Below, piece by piece: positions 26,887-36,080 of a DNA stretch of 64,000 bases. The notes under the pieces are model-generated. The model was not told the DNA's origin and searched no databases. It saw only the letters and a list, made by a program, of their open reading frames with translations. The first letter of the stretch is position 1. Each line of letters begins with the position of its first letter. The DNA is from a virus, in the IMG/VR virus record IMGVR_UViG_3300041964_000099, positions 32,001 to 96,000 of that record. The stretch is one strand, 5' to 3'. A program made the translations under genes and the position numbers.

Positions 26887-28038
26887 ATGACACAAACCAC
26901 ACCTCAACCCAAAGACAAACCGCACTATCGGTTTTACCTTGAACAGATAAAAGAAGACTACGAACAAGGCAATTTAACCGCGAAAGGAGCGCTACTCATG
27001 GCTCTGCGGATCATGCGGAGACCGGGGCATCAGCTCAGAATCACGAACATGGATGACTTTGCCAAGATCATTGGCTGCAATGCCCGCACCTGCTACAGCT
27101 CAATTAACAGGCTGAAAGAAGAGAAGCTAATTGAGTGGAAAGATGTCGCGGGCATTGATATCTGGATTCCCGTCAGGAAAGAATCAGCCGTTGCTAAACG
27201 CAAAATTGGCATTGATCAAACGATCAGTGGCACTGATCAAACGATCAATCCTACTGATCAAACGATCAGTGGCACTGATCAAACGATCAATGACACCCCC
27301 TTAGAATCCTTGTCAGAGGCCGATTCTAGCGATCCCCCCAATTCTTTCTCAGATAATTCTTCAATTTTTTCTCAAAGAGAGAGAGAAAGCGCGGAAGATT
27401 TTGAAAAATTAGAACAGCCGTCTGCTTCGTTGCCGGAACAAAACGAACCCCCCACAATCCCAGACAACACGGGTGGAGACCAAAGTTCCGCCGCGCCTGC
27501 TGCGGCCCCGTTCGACTGGAAAACTTATCACTGGGCTGGATACGAAAAGGCTGGAGATGGTGGCAGCGATCCTAAGTTTTGGGATTGGGCCAGAGACTTT
27601 GTTGTTGGACTGGCTGAAAAACGCGCAAATTCAGATAGCCCGATCGGTGAAATTGATGCCTATACCCGCAAGTGCATCCAGACCCGTGCAGCAGCAGGGT
27701 ATGAAAAATATCTGATTTCGATCGGGGTTTTAGCACCTCCTCAAGCCCCACCCCAAGCTGCAAGTCAAACTGAATCGGTGAGAGGTCGCGGCATTCATTG
27801 GTCTGAATCAGGCAGTTGGGAAAATCCTCCCAGTGATTTGAGCGAGGAATTTGCCCTCTTTAAGATTCATTGGTCGCGTTTAGAGCTGGGCTGGAAGAAT
27901 CCGGCCTTCCTGGAATGGATTGAAAAAGCTCAGGCCCTGCAAGCTTTCCGTTGGGATAACTACAGCAGTCTGCACACCTTGCCGGACTGGGCTGTAGCGA
28001 AGCTAGCTCACGATCTTTCAAACACAAAATTCCTATGA
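26887..28038 (+). CDS. Phage replication initiator (lambda O-like architecture)
   Basis: N-terminal wHTH (FAKIIGCNARTCYSSINRLKEEKLI); internal 21-bp iterons; AGGAGCAGGA RBS. Confidence 0.7.
   Translation: MTQTTPQPKDKPHYRFYLEQIKEDYEQGNLTAKGALLMALRIMRRPGHQLRITNMDDFAKIIGCNARTCYSSINRLKEEKLIEWKDVAGIDIWIPVRKESAVAKRKIGIDQTISGTDQTINPTDQTISGTDQTINDTPLESLSEADSSDPPNSFSDNSSIFSQRERESAEDFEKLEQPSASLPEQNEPPTIPDNTGGDQSSAAPAAAPFDWKTYHWAGYEKAGDGGSDPKFWDWARDFVVGLAEKRANSDSPIGEIDAYTRKCIQTRAAAGYEKYLISIGVLAPPQAPPQAASQTESVRGRGIHWSESGSWENPPSDLSEEFALFKIHWSRLELGWKNPAFLEWIEKAQALQAFRWDNYSSLHTLPDWAVAKLAHDLSNTKFL
27211..27294 (+). repeat. Four 21-bp iterons; probable replication origin
   Basis: AYTGATCAAACGATCARTSVY x4 at 27211, 27232, 27253 and 27274, followed by an AT-rich stretch at ~27340-27380. 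Confidence 0.75.
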
Positions 28039-28490
28039 GCATTCCAAAAATTCGCTTAAAGGCTGATTGCCCCTTGGCAAAGCTGAACGAAATTTTCCCC
28101 AAAGGTGTGCCGGTCGGCTCTACTGAGCCATTGCTTCTTGTGCAGAATCAGCCTTGCTTAGCGCTGTTCCTACGAACTCCGACCGCACGCTTACATGATG
28201 AGCTGATTGATCAAGTTCTAGCCGCACTTCAAGATGATGCCGTTCCTGTGAGCATCACGCTCACAGTAGCAGAGGCGGCGATCGTGCCAATTTTGCCTGA
28301 ATGGGTTGAGTCTCCTGAAGAAGAAGCCCACGGGTTAATTCAGCAGTTTGAAGCGTGGAACTCATTGACTGCCGAGCAGCGTACCAAAACAGTGCTGGCA
28401 GCCAATCGCCTCGTTGCGCTTGACTCAGGCCCAATCAGCTTTCCACTCTGGCTGAAATTGCTCAATTGGAGAGATTCTAAATGCCAATAA
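28035..28490 (+). CDS. Hypothetical protein
   Basis: ATGA coupling to the initiator. Confidence 0.65.
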   Translation: MSIPKIRLKADCPLAKLNEIFPKGVPVGSTEPLLLVQNQPCLALFLRTPTARLHDELIDQVLAALQDDAVPVSITLTVAEAAIVPILPEWVESPEEEAHGLIQQFEAWNSLTAEQRTKTVLAANRLVALDSGPISFPLWLKLLNWRDSKCQ

Positions 28491-28786
28491 GAAGTTTGAT
28501 GCAAGTAGGCGCGGTCGCCCACCACATTCCAACACGGCTGCTGTTAATCGTTGCTGCAATTGAAACCTATGCCAAGAAGTGCTGGCTGTGGGATGCTCCC
28601 CGACCAGGAGGCAATCGCTATCCAGTCGAGGAGTGTGAATTGGCACGGCTGGAACATCTGACTGCGGCAGTTTTAGTCATGGGCCAAACCTTGATTTCAG
28701 TAGTGCGGCAAGGCGATCTGATTATTCTCAGCAACGACCATCGCCGCATTGGAGTGCGGCTCAACCATTCAGGCAGGAGGAACTAA
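28481..28786 (+). CDS. Hypothetical protein
   Basis: Overlaps the upstream stop; own stop overlaps the next ATG. Confidence 0.5.
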   Translation: MPIRSLMQVGAVAHHIPTRLLLIVAAIETYAKKCWLWDAPRPGGNRYPVEECELARLEHLTAAVLVMGQTLISVVRQGDLIILSNDHRRIGVRLNHSGRRN

Positions 28787-28962
28787 TGCGCTACTCAGAG
28801 CTTGAGCAACTGCTGAAACAAAACCTTGATCCTAAGTTGCGGATTGATCTGCAACTAACGATGAGGAAGCTATCAGAGCAGGACATGGCGGCGCTGAATG
28901 ACGCGATCGCCCTGCTGCGCGAATCAGCTTCAATGGAGCCGATACCGAAACAACCCCTATGA
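28786..28962 (+). CDS. Small hypothetical protein (58 aa, below the ORF-track cut-off)
   Basis: MRYSELEQLLKQNLDPKLRIDLQL...; AGGAGG RBS; TAATG and ATGA couplings on either side. Confidence 0.55.
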   Translation: MRYSELEQLLKQNLDPKLRIDLQLTMRKLSEQDMAALNDAIALLRESASMEPIPKQPL

Positions 28963-30213
28963 CTTTGGCTGATTGCGAGGCTATAAAGGAACAGATCAGG
29001 CTATTGTCACCCCAGCCTGACGAAAATCTCCATGCGCCATCGTCAAGACCTTGCCTGCACAGCGATCGGGCAGAAAATGCTGCGTCAACTGATGGCAGCA
29101 CCGCTCGGCCTAAGCACGAAGGCCATCGCCGATCACGCCGTCGAGACGGAAACCCTGACGCGCCGCCGTCTCTACCAGCTTGTCGGGACAGGCTGGGTAA
29201 AAGTGAAGGGCGACAATCCGCTGACCTGGCAGCCGTCTCAGAAGCTGATTGCCCAGCCACCGAGCTGTCCGAACCTGGCGACGGCCTAACCGCCCCAGCC
29301 GTACCGCCTTATCCGATCGGCAAAAAGCTGCAACGACATTCCAGCGGCCATGTGTATGAGATTCGTCACGCCTCCGCTACCCATGCAACCTTAAATTGTG
29401 AGCTGGGTGGCAGGGTTATCTCATCGCTGCTGACCTGGGCAGAAGTTGAAGCTGAATTCGATGTTTTGGCCGACCTGTTTCGATCGGCTGGTTTTGAATG
29501 CCTGCGAATCAAGAAAACGCTGCATGTCCTGATTGGCACTGCTCAGCAGATTGATGAACTGTTCAAGCACTGCTGCTCAACAAAAACGATTCAGGCAGGC
29601 CGGATCAAAGGCGTGCAGACCTTAGTAGGAAAGCGCTGGACATATTTAGGCGGCTGTTTTGCTGGCGAGAAAGGCCGAAAGTATGCCGATATTTATGAGC
29701 TGCTGCCAGAAGGCACGAAGCTGCGGCCTGTGCGCTACTCCTATCAAGGCCGAATGGTCAGCTACCGCAAGCAAAATTATGTGCTGGGGCAGAAAGTGGT
29801 GGCCTGCGCGAAATGGTGGTTCCGCGAGCTGGAGCGCGATCACATCACTTCGAGAGTTCCTGCCCCAAACAATCCTACAAGCGATCGCCTTCAGAAAATC
29901 GCACAACTTGAAGCTGAATGCGATCGCATTCAGGCTGAAGGCGAAATTGCACCTGCAAACTGCTGGCTAGAGCGCCCCCCCGTGCCACAGCAACAAAGAC
30001 AATCGGCAAGTCTTTTACCGCTCGAAGCAAGCGATTTTTAAGGCTGTCCGGCCTAAACCTGGCAGTCCCAAGATGGTCAAACGTCGCTACGTTGGCATGG
30101 CTGGCAGCGACGAAGACATCGCGGCCCAGGCCGCGATTAAGCGCCGCAATCAACTGCGGCAGCTCCGGCTTCAAATTCAACAGCTAGAAAAGGAGACCTC
30201 GATCGATGGGTGA
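28959..30213 (+). CDS. Multi-domain protein with wHTH, broken by three single-base indels
   Basis: wHTH is encoded in the +1 frame at 29032-29289; after C7 (29975-29981) the +1 frame gives RQVFYRSKQAIF..KRRYVG..AIKRRNQL and ends at 30213, overlapping the next ATG. Confidence 0.55.
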
Positions 30214-30655
30214 TTCAAAACGACGCAAATTGACAGATCCCAACTATGGAAGGCCACAGTGGTTGTGGAAGTCGCCGCCGACAGAAGACGATTTGCGCCG
30301 ATGGGCGCGAATTGTTCCTGAAGCTTTATCAATTGAGATTGCCTACAAAATTCGCACGAAAGAACTTGTGCCGCCTGAAAATGCCAGGATGCCCGCTGAC
30401 TGGCCGTACTATATGCGCTGTTTGGAGGTTTATCCCCCTGCAAATGACTGGATTGAGCAAGAAATCTACAAGCTAATTCAGCAAAAGTTAGTGCCCGAAT
30501 TTCGATCGAGAGATCAGGCGTATGTGCGATTACTGCTGATTTTAGGAGCGGCCCAAGCATTTGCTGAGATCTGTGAAGTCGATGACCGCAAATTTTTAGG
30601 AAGCTTAAACAATGCCCCTAATTTCATATCAGCCCTGGAAAGCCGAAAAAGTTGA
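30206..30655 (+). CDS. Hypothetical protein
   Basis: MGDSKRRK start, AAGGAG RBS. Confidence 0.65.
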   Translation: MGDSKRRKLTDPNYGRPQWLWKSPPTEDDLRRWARIVPEALSIEIAYKIRTKELVPPENARMPADWPYYMRCLEVYPPANDWIEQEIYKLIQQKLVPEFRSRDQAYVRLLLILGAAQAFAEICEVDDRKFLGSLNNAPNFISALESRKS

Positions 30656-30992
30656 ATTGGCCGAATGTTTTCAGACAATTCGCCAAATTCGCAAGTACCC
30701 AATCAAAGTGGGCGATCGCCTGCATCACTGGCAGCAGCAGCGTAGCCCAAAGCGCCGCAAGCTAGGCGAGTCAATCTGCACAGAGATAAAGCCAATTTCC
30801 ATTTCAACGGAAGGAACAATCTGCCTAGACAGCAAACCACTAGACATTTACGCCGCTCGCATCTTCGCGATCGCCGATGGTTTTGAAAATTTAGATACTT
30901 TTTTCAACTTTTTTCAACAAGGTTATAGCTTTCCTTTTAGCGGAGTTGTAATTTGTTGGAAAGAGTTTGAAAAGTGGCAGGAACAAAGCTAA
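30612..30992 (+). CDS. ASCH/PUA-like domain protein
   Basis: QTIR..RKYPIKVGDRLH..QRSPK...FAIADGF...FF..Y..PFSGVVICW. Confidence 0.6.
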   Translation: MPLISYQPWKAEKVELAECFQTIRQIRKYPIKVGDRLHHWQQQRSPKRRKLGESICTEIKPISISTEGTICLDSKPLDIYAARIFAIADGFENLDTFFNFFQQGYSFPFSGVVICWKEFEKWQEQS

Positions 30993-31023
30993 TTTTTGCC
31001 CCTAGAAAAAGACATAATATTCT

Positions 31024-31209
31024 ATGAGACTTACTGAAGACGCCAGACGAATGCTATCCACGATCGCGAATAGCGCTGAAACAAATCCGATCGAAATGAT
31101 CCATGCGTTAATTCATGAGGCGTACTATCGCCCTCACGGAGATTGGAACGAAATTTTAGCCAATTTCCGATCGCGATCGCAGTCAACCCCAACTGGAGAA
31201 TCAGAGTGA
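31024..31209 (+). CDS. Small RHH-like protein
   Basis: MRLTEDARRMLSTIA..NPIEMIHALIHEAY. Confidence 0.45.
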   Translation: MRLTEDARRMLSTIANSAETNPIEMIHALIHEAYYRPHGDWNEILANFRSRSQSTPTGESE

Positions 31210-31514
31210 CAAATTTACCGATTGAACCTGAACAGAAAAATGAAATTCCGCTTGGAATTGCGGCTGAACGCCTCTTCTACGAGGCGCTAAACCAAGAGCG
31301 CACGGTTATCCTGCCGATGCTCCCTCCCGATAATGATAAGGGTCTTAAACCGGGAGAAACGGCTCCAGCGACCGGAGGTTTGCCCGCCAACTGTAGTGGT
31401 TTAGTGATTGCCGCTCACTGTTCAAGCGCTGATGCAAAAGAATTGATATCGATGGTTCTCTACTGGCAACAGAAACGCATCCACAGAGCAGAAGCTCAAG
31501 CACAAGCAAATTAA
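31206..31514 (+). CDS. Hypothetical protein
   Basis: GGAG RBS and a GTG at 31206 overlapping the previous stop. Confidence 0.5.
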   Translation: MTNLPIEPEQKNEIPLGIAAERLFYEALNQERTVILPMLPPDNDKGLKPGETAPATGGLPANCSGLVIAAHCSSADAKELISMVLYWQQKRIHRAEAQAQAN

Positions 31515-31528
31515 GCGGGGCAATCGTT

Positions 31529-31966
31529 ATGCCAATGATTCGCAACCTTTATCCGAAAAATTGGGATACGATCGCCCGACGCATTAAGCGAGAAGCCAAT
31601 TGGCATTGCGAAAGTTGCCAGCGGCCCTGCTTAATGCCGGGAGAAGACCCCTGTGATTTCTGGATTGGGCTGAACTGGTCAATTGGCGCGATCGCCCAGG
31701 CTGTTTCTGACGAGCGAAATCAAATGCAGTTTGGCAAGCTGAAGCGGTTTGAATTGGGCGTGGCCCACCTCAACCACAACCCACCCGATTGCTCGCGAGA
31801 AAACTTGATTGCGCTCTGTACTGTTTGTCATACGCGCATGGACTTGCAGGCAATAGGCACAAAACGACGGCTCAAGCTAGAACGCAACGGGCAACTTAAC
31901 CTATTGACTCCGATGGTTGATAACGACCCTGCCAAAGTTCAACTGCCGATCGAGGGGGTTATTTAA
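31529..31966 (+). CDS. HNH endonuclease-like protein
   Basis: YPKNW..IARRIK..CESC...AHLNHNP.DC..ENL.ALC..CH. Confidence 0.7.
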   Translation: MPMIRNLYPKNWDTIARRIKREANWHCESCQRPCLMPGEDPCDFWIGLNWSIGAIAQAVSDERNQMQFGKLKRFELGVAHLNHNPPDCSRENLIALCTVCHTRMDLQAIGTKRRLKLERNGQLNLLTPMVDNDPAKVQLPIEGVI

Positions 31967-32047
31967 TAGGGCATTGCCGATTTAATTGTGAGAGGTTGGC
32001 ATCCTCAATTTGATGTGAGTTCAAAACAACTAATTTGGAAGGTAAAA

Positions 32048-32407
32048 ATGCGGAACAACGAAGCAATCATTGCGATTCATGCGAAGGCAATCGAGTATTT
32101 TCGAGCTGAGATGATCAACCTAGTTCTAGCGGAAAGCCCAGCACCTATTCTCCGAAACTGGATAGAAGCGATCGATGGAGTTGAGCAAGCAATGAAATTT
32201 CTCACCTCAAAGGATAACGAGGATGAGGATGAGGATGAGGATGAAGACGAAGAGGAAGACGAAGAGGAAGACGAAGATGAAGACGAAGAGGATGATGATG
32301 GGGGTCTAATGCTGACATTTGCTGTTACACAAAACTCAGTAGAGTTAGGCGCAGAGTTCAAAAAAGCTGCTGAATGGATTAAAAAGCTTGGCAGTTTATC
32401 AATATAG
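32048..32407 (+). CDS. Hypothetical protein with a ~29-residue poly-D/E tract
   Basis: GAAGG RBS before the ATG at 32048; acidic repeat at ~32213-32300. Confidence 0.6.
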   Translation: MRNNEAIIAIHAKAIEYFRAEMINLVLAESPAPILRNWIEAIDGVEQAMKFLTSKDNEDEDEDEDEDEEEDEEEDEDEDEEDDDGGLMLTFAVTQNSVELGAEFKKAAEWIKKLGSLSI

Positions 32408-32440
32408 TCGATCGAAAAGAACAACGATTAAAAGAAGTCA

Positions 32441-32809
32441 ATGAAAAAAAAGAAGCGTAAGGCAACACTCGATGATTTAAGGCGAGGTCGGGCAAAACTC
32501 AAAAACTCCACTGAAGATACACTCGACCCTAATAATGTGATGCCACGGCAGTGTGAAACCTGCCCGTGGAGACCCGATCGCGGCATTCTCAGAGGCCAGC
32601 CAAAGCAAGCAATGCTGGGTTTGATAGAGCAAGTATTAACGATTGCTAATCAGCCCTGTCATAGTCCAGGCTTAGTAGGTAAGCCTGAGAATCAAATTTG
32701 CCGAGGGGCACGCGATTTTCAGCTTCTAGCCTATTTTGCAATGGGGGAGCTGACCGCTCCAACCGATGAAGCTTGGCGTGAAGCGCTCGAAAGACGGCAT
32801 GAAAAATGA
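32441..32809 (+). CDS. Cys/His-rich hypothetical protein
   Basis: CETCPWR...CHS...ICRG, possible metal-binding site. Confidence 0.6.
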   Translation: MKKKKRKATLDDLRRGRAKLKNSTEDTLDPNNVMPRQCETCPWRPDRGILRGQPKQAMLGLIEQVLTIANQPCHSPGLVGKPENQICRGARDFQLLAYFAMGELTAPTDEAWREALERRHEK

Positions 32810-32849
32810 ATCTCAGTCAGACTTTTAGACCGCAACTCTAGGAAAGCCA

Positions 32850-33311
32850 ATGACAAAAGACAATCAACCCCCTTTCGATCCCAAACTTAAAGAAGCCATT
32901 GCCGAAATGGAAGCGATCGCTAAGAAGCACGGCATCGCCGCCCTATTCTGCCTCGCTTCTGAGACTCACGGAGAATTCAAAGCTTTCTTTCCTTCCTGGT
33001 CAATTATTCAACTAAGAGAAAAAGAAGGAGAGCAGAGATTCAGAGTTCAAGTTAAAAAAGATCAGCACGATCTTGAGCAGGTTAATGCAAGTCTTCATCT
33101 CGCTTACAGCTTGCGCGATATGGCAGGCGTGCAATACCAAAACTTTGAAACAATTTGCACTGTGTTGACCGAAAAACTCAATGTTGAGCATGTGCCGTTT
33201 CATGGCAACCAGGATTTTGATGGCTGGCAACAGCCAGATTTAGGCCCAGCTCCTGCAAGAATCATTGATTTTAATGAACAAAGGGGGAAAGGTTTTGGCA
33301 GCGGAAAATAA
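32850..33311 (+). CDS. Conserved phage hypothetical protein
   Basis: DPKLKEAIAEMEAIAKKHGIAA...GEF pattern; AGGA RBS. Confidence 0.6.
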   Translation: MTKDNQPPFDPKLKEAIAEMEAIAKKHGIAALFCLASETHGEFKAFFPSWSIIQLREKEGEQRFRVQVKKDQHDLEQVNASLHLAYSLRDMAGVQYQNFETICTVLTEKLNVEHVPFHGNQDFDGWQQPDLGPAPARIIDFNEQRGKGFGSGK

Positions 33312-33318
33312 GCTTGAA

Positions 33319-33474
33319 ATGACGATCGACGGCAGCGATATTTACCTGCATTTTGCCGTCAGTTCCCCCGAAAAGGCGAAAGAGCTGTTTGACCAGATTG
33401 CCGCCGCCGCTTCTAAATTTCATGTCAGCAATCGAGATAATACGGATGAAATTTCAACGATCGACCCCAAATGA
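33319..33474 (+). CDS. Small hypothetical protein
   Basis: In-frame ATG at 33319 within ORF 33265-33474. Confidence 0.4.
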   Translation: MTIDGSDIYLHFAVSSPEKAKELFDQIAAAASKFHVSNRDNTDEISTIDPK

Positions 33475-33799
33475 GACTTATCCTATTATTCGCTTCGTCT
33501 CCCTGGAAAATCGCTGGGAGCTGGGTTTTTGTCCAATGATGTTTGGGATTCGCGTTTGCCTTTCGCAAGTAAATAGCCCTCTCATCACTCTGACCTATTG
33601 TGCTGGGCCTGATGAAGGCTTTGCCCTTCTGCTACTGGCAACACTTGTAGTCATTTTGCAGCCATATCCTGAAACTGTAACGGAGCGTCAACTGCAAGAT
33701 GATTTTCCCCGCTACAGCATCAAGCCCATTAACCTTGATCCGGTCTGCTGGCCCCGACTGATGGAGATGTCAGAAGCAGTTGGGGCAAAAACAACATGA
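33446..33799 (+). CDS. Hypothetical protein
   Basis: In-frame ATG at 33446; ATGA coupling to the next gene. Confidence 0.55.
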   Translation: MKFQRSTPNETYPIIRFVSLENRWELGFCPMMFGIRVCLSQVNSPLITLTYCAGPDEGFALLLLATLVVILQPYPETVTERQLQDDFPRYSIKPINLDPVCWPRLMEMSEAVGAKTT

Positions 33800-34098
33800 A
33801 CCAACTAGCTTTACTTGCTCGCTGGGCTGCCCTTCGGCCAGCCGACTATGCCGATTTTGTAACGCGGATGCAAAGCTGCCAGTTGCAGCGGCAAGCCCAA
33901 GCTGAGCTGCTGCTGACGGCTGTTGAAGCGGCACTGGCTGAAGGATGGGATTGTCAGCTTAAACCGGCTGCCAGCGGTTGCCATGCCCTAATTGGCCTGG
34001 GCTACTGCCAAGATGCAGACGTGGCCCTTGCAGCCCTGACCGCACTGATTCAGAACCTCGATCGAAATCCAATTAAACAAATAAATGTCCAAAATTAA
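33796..34098 (+). CDS. Hypothetical protein
   Basis: Last + strand gene before the inverted repeat array. Confidence 0.55.
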   Translation: MNQLALLARWAALRPADYADFVTRMQSCQLQRQAQAELLLTAVEAALAEGWDCQLKPAASGCHALIGLGYCQDADVALAALTALIQNLDRNPIKQINVQN

Positions 34099-34196
34099 AC
34101 ATTTATTGTCCTAGTCTGTATTTGCTACAGGCTAGAACCAGCAAGGCTTTTGGCCTTGACACTAAATGTTTAATTTTGGACAAATAAATGTTTAAT
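34072..34196. repeat. Array of four 18-19-bp sites, two direct and two inverted, around two small hairpins
   Basis: ATTAAACA(A/T)(A/T)TA..TGTC at 34072-34090 and 34094-34111 (+) and at 34157-34174 and 34178-34196 (-); includes a perfect 19-bp IR GTCCAAAATTAAACATTTA. Confidence 0.8.
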
Positions 34197-34207
34197 GTGC
34201 CGAAAAA

Positions 34208-34564
34208 CTAAGCAAGCTTCAGCAAAGGTTGCACAACCCGAATCAAAGCCGCTTCCGGCTCTGGAGCCATCGGCACATCAATTCGGCAATAGCGATAAGA
34301 ATCACCTTGGCTAGATTCTTCCATGATCATGCAATCAACAAACTCGACCTTGACCGACCAGTGTTGCTGACATAGCAGCAGCGCCCCAGCCCAAAATGCC
34401 AGGTGTGGCGTGACGTTGAAATCTGAAAGCAGCAGGCGATAGTAGTGATCTGGAGTTGTGCCCTCGCTCAGCACCGAAACTGATTTGTTGAACTTCTGCG
34501 GCAAATGCAGTAATGCTTCAACCAAGCTGGATTGAGCATCGTTGAGGCGATGGGAAGCGTACAT
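34208..34564 (-). CDS. Hypothetical protein
   Basis: 118 aa, divergent from parA. Confidence 0.5.
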   Translation of the reverse strand: MYASHRLNDAQSSLVEALLHLPQKFNKSVSVLSEGTTPDHYYRLLLSDFNVTPHLAFWAGALLLCQQHWSVKVEFVDCMIMEESSQGDSYRYCRIDVPMAPEPEAALIRVVQPLLKLA

Positions 34565-34857
34565 AGCGAATCTCAGGGAAGCGATCGAGGCGAAGCTTGA
34601 ATCGAAATTTGCTACCTGCGCTGCTGCAAAAACTCTGTATCGTTGAGTTTCGGTCGCAGCAGCAATCCTTAAAAAAAAATGAAAAAATCTTGCTCCGATT
34701 CTGGCATTTCAATCGCCCGATGGCGATAGGAAATTCGCGGAACTCTACCCAAATTTAAGGGTGTCTCGCCTTGGAATTGCCTTTAGTTTACAGCCGCATC
34801 TAGTCATGTCAAAATGATTCAGCCTAATCATGATTAAATGATGAGGTTTATAAATGT

Positions 34858-34896
34858 CATCATTTAGAGGTTTAGTCATTTAGGAGTTTCATCATG
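34858..34896 (+). promoter_or_regulatory. Centromere/operator-like 16-bp repeats overlapping the parA RBS
   Basis: CATCATTTAGAGGTTT (34858), AGTCATTTAGGAGTTT (34874), CATCATG (34890). Confidence 0.6.
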
Positions 34897-35691
34897 CACA
34901 CAATTGCGGCCTTGTCGCTCTCAGGCGGCCAGGGCAAGACCACAACGACGCTGTTTCTGTCCAAAATTCTTGCAGGTCGAGGGCTTCGAGTGTTGGCGAT
35001 CGATGCCGATCCTCAAGCTAATCTGACAACGTTTCTTGGTCAGCACATTGAGCCGACCGATCCAACGTTGTTAGAGTTCATGCGCGGAACGGTGAAAGAA
35101 ACTGCTGATGCCGTTTACCCAACGTCTACGCCCAACTTGGCGCTCATTCCAGCAGATGACGGCCTGGAAGGGCTGCAAGAATATCTGTCTGGTACAGGAA
35201 TGGGGGCACTGCTGCTAAGACAGCGATTGCAGAAACTTCAGTCAAGTTTTGACTTATGCCTTATAGATTCGCCACCCCAGGCGTACTTGCTGACCAAATC
35301 AGTCATTGGCGCGAGTGATAGTATTGTCATTCCCTGCGAGCTAAATGGAAAAGGATTCGGCTCATTAATTCGCTCCCTGACTGTGCTTTCACAGCTTCAA
35401 GAGATGGATGCAACTCAAGCTGAAGTTGTTGGCATCATGCCATTTCGCGATCGCTGGTTCGGACTGAATCGATCGAAGGATTCGCAATTTTGGCTCAATC
35501 AAATGATGGATTTGCCAGAAGTGCAATCAGAATGGATGCTGCCCACACTACGCGAATCCGTTCGTGTTCCTGAAGCAATTAGCAAGCAATCTATGCTGGC
35601 TGAAACGCAGCAGCTTGACTATCCCTTTAGCGTGTTGAGCGAGCGTTTGATGGCAAAACTGGCTGTGGCGTCGGAGGTTGTTCATGTCTGA
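34894..35691 (+). CDS. parA: ParA/Soj-family partition ATPase
   Basis: Deviant Walker A SGGQGKTT, IDADPQANLT, IDSPP, D.IVIP; no N-terminal HTH, consistent with type Ib. Confidence 0.92.
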   Translation: MHTIAALSLSGGQGKTTTTLFLSKILAGRGLRVLAIDADPQANLTTFLGQHIEPTDPTLLEFMRGTVKETADAVYPTSTPNLALIPADDGLEGLQEYLSGTGMGALLLRQRLQKLQSSFDLCLIDSPPQAYLLTKSVIGASDSIVIPCELNGKGFGSLIRSLTVLSQLQEMDATQAEVVGIMPFRDRWFGLNRSKDSQFWLNQMMDLPEVQSEWMLPTLRESVRVPEAISKQSMLAETQQLDYPFSVLSERLMAKLAVASEVVHV

Positions 35692-36046
35692 TAACAACAT
35701 GGCTGATTTAATACGCCAGCGGCATCGCAATTCAGTTCCTCCTCGTGAGATGCCGATGACAGCAGCTCCACCACCACCACCCGCTGAGCCGCCCTCACCT
35801 GAAGTGGAAACCAGTATCAGTACCTTGCGGCTCGATAAAGAACTGAAGGCTGAGATGCTAAACCTCTGCAACAGTGAAGACCCGCGCCTGACGCTGGAAG
35901 TTTTGGTTGAAGGGCTGTATCTCAGTGCCCAGGCAAACGGCCATGTTGAAAAAGCATTGGCGATCGCCCGCGATCGTCTCAAGCAGCGCAAGCAGGCCGG
36001 AGTCCAGAAGCGGGCGAAGACCTATGCTCAAAACCTGCAATCATGA
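35684..36046 (+). CDS. Small partition partner (centromere-binding, RHH-like)
   Basis: Overlaps the parA stop; unstructured Pro-rich N-terminus followed by ISTLRLDKELKAEMLNLC. Confidence 0.7.
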   Translation: MSDNNMADLIRQRHRNSVPPREMPMTAAPPPPPAEPPSPEVETSISTLRLDKELKAEMLNLCNSEDPRLTLEVLVEGLYLSAQANGHVEKALAIARDRLKQRKQAGVQKRAKTYAQNLQS

Positions 36047-36080
36047 CTAATTGACGGAAGTGCAATTTTTCACAGCTTCT

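Noticed and set aside
27211-27294. 21-bp repeats as a CRISPR array
   Set aside because: The repeats are contiguous, with no unique spacers, lie in frame inside a gene, and have no cas genes nearby; they fit iterons.
32077-32424. Poly-serine ORF on the - strand
   Set aside because: It is the antisense shadow of the poly-D/E tract in the + strand gene, which has an RBS and fits the operon direction.
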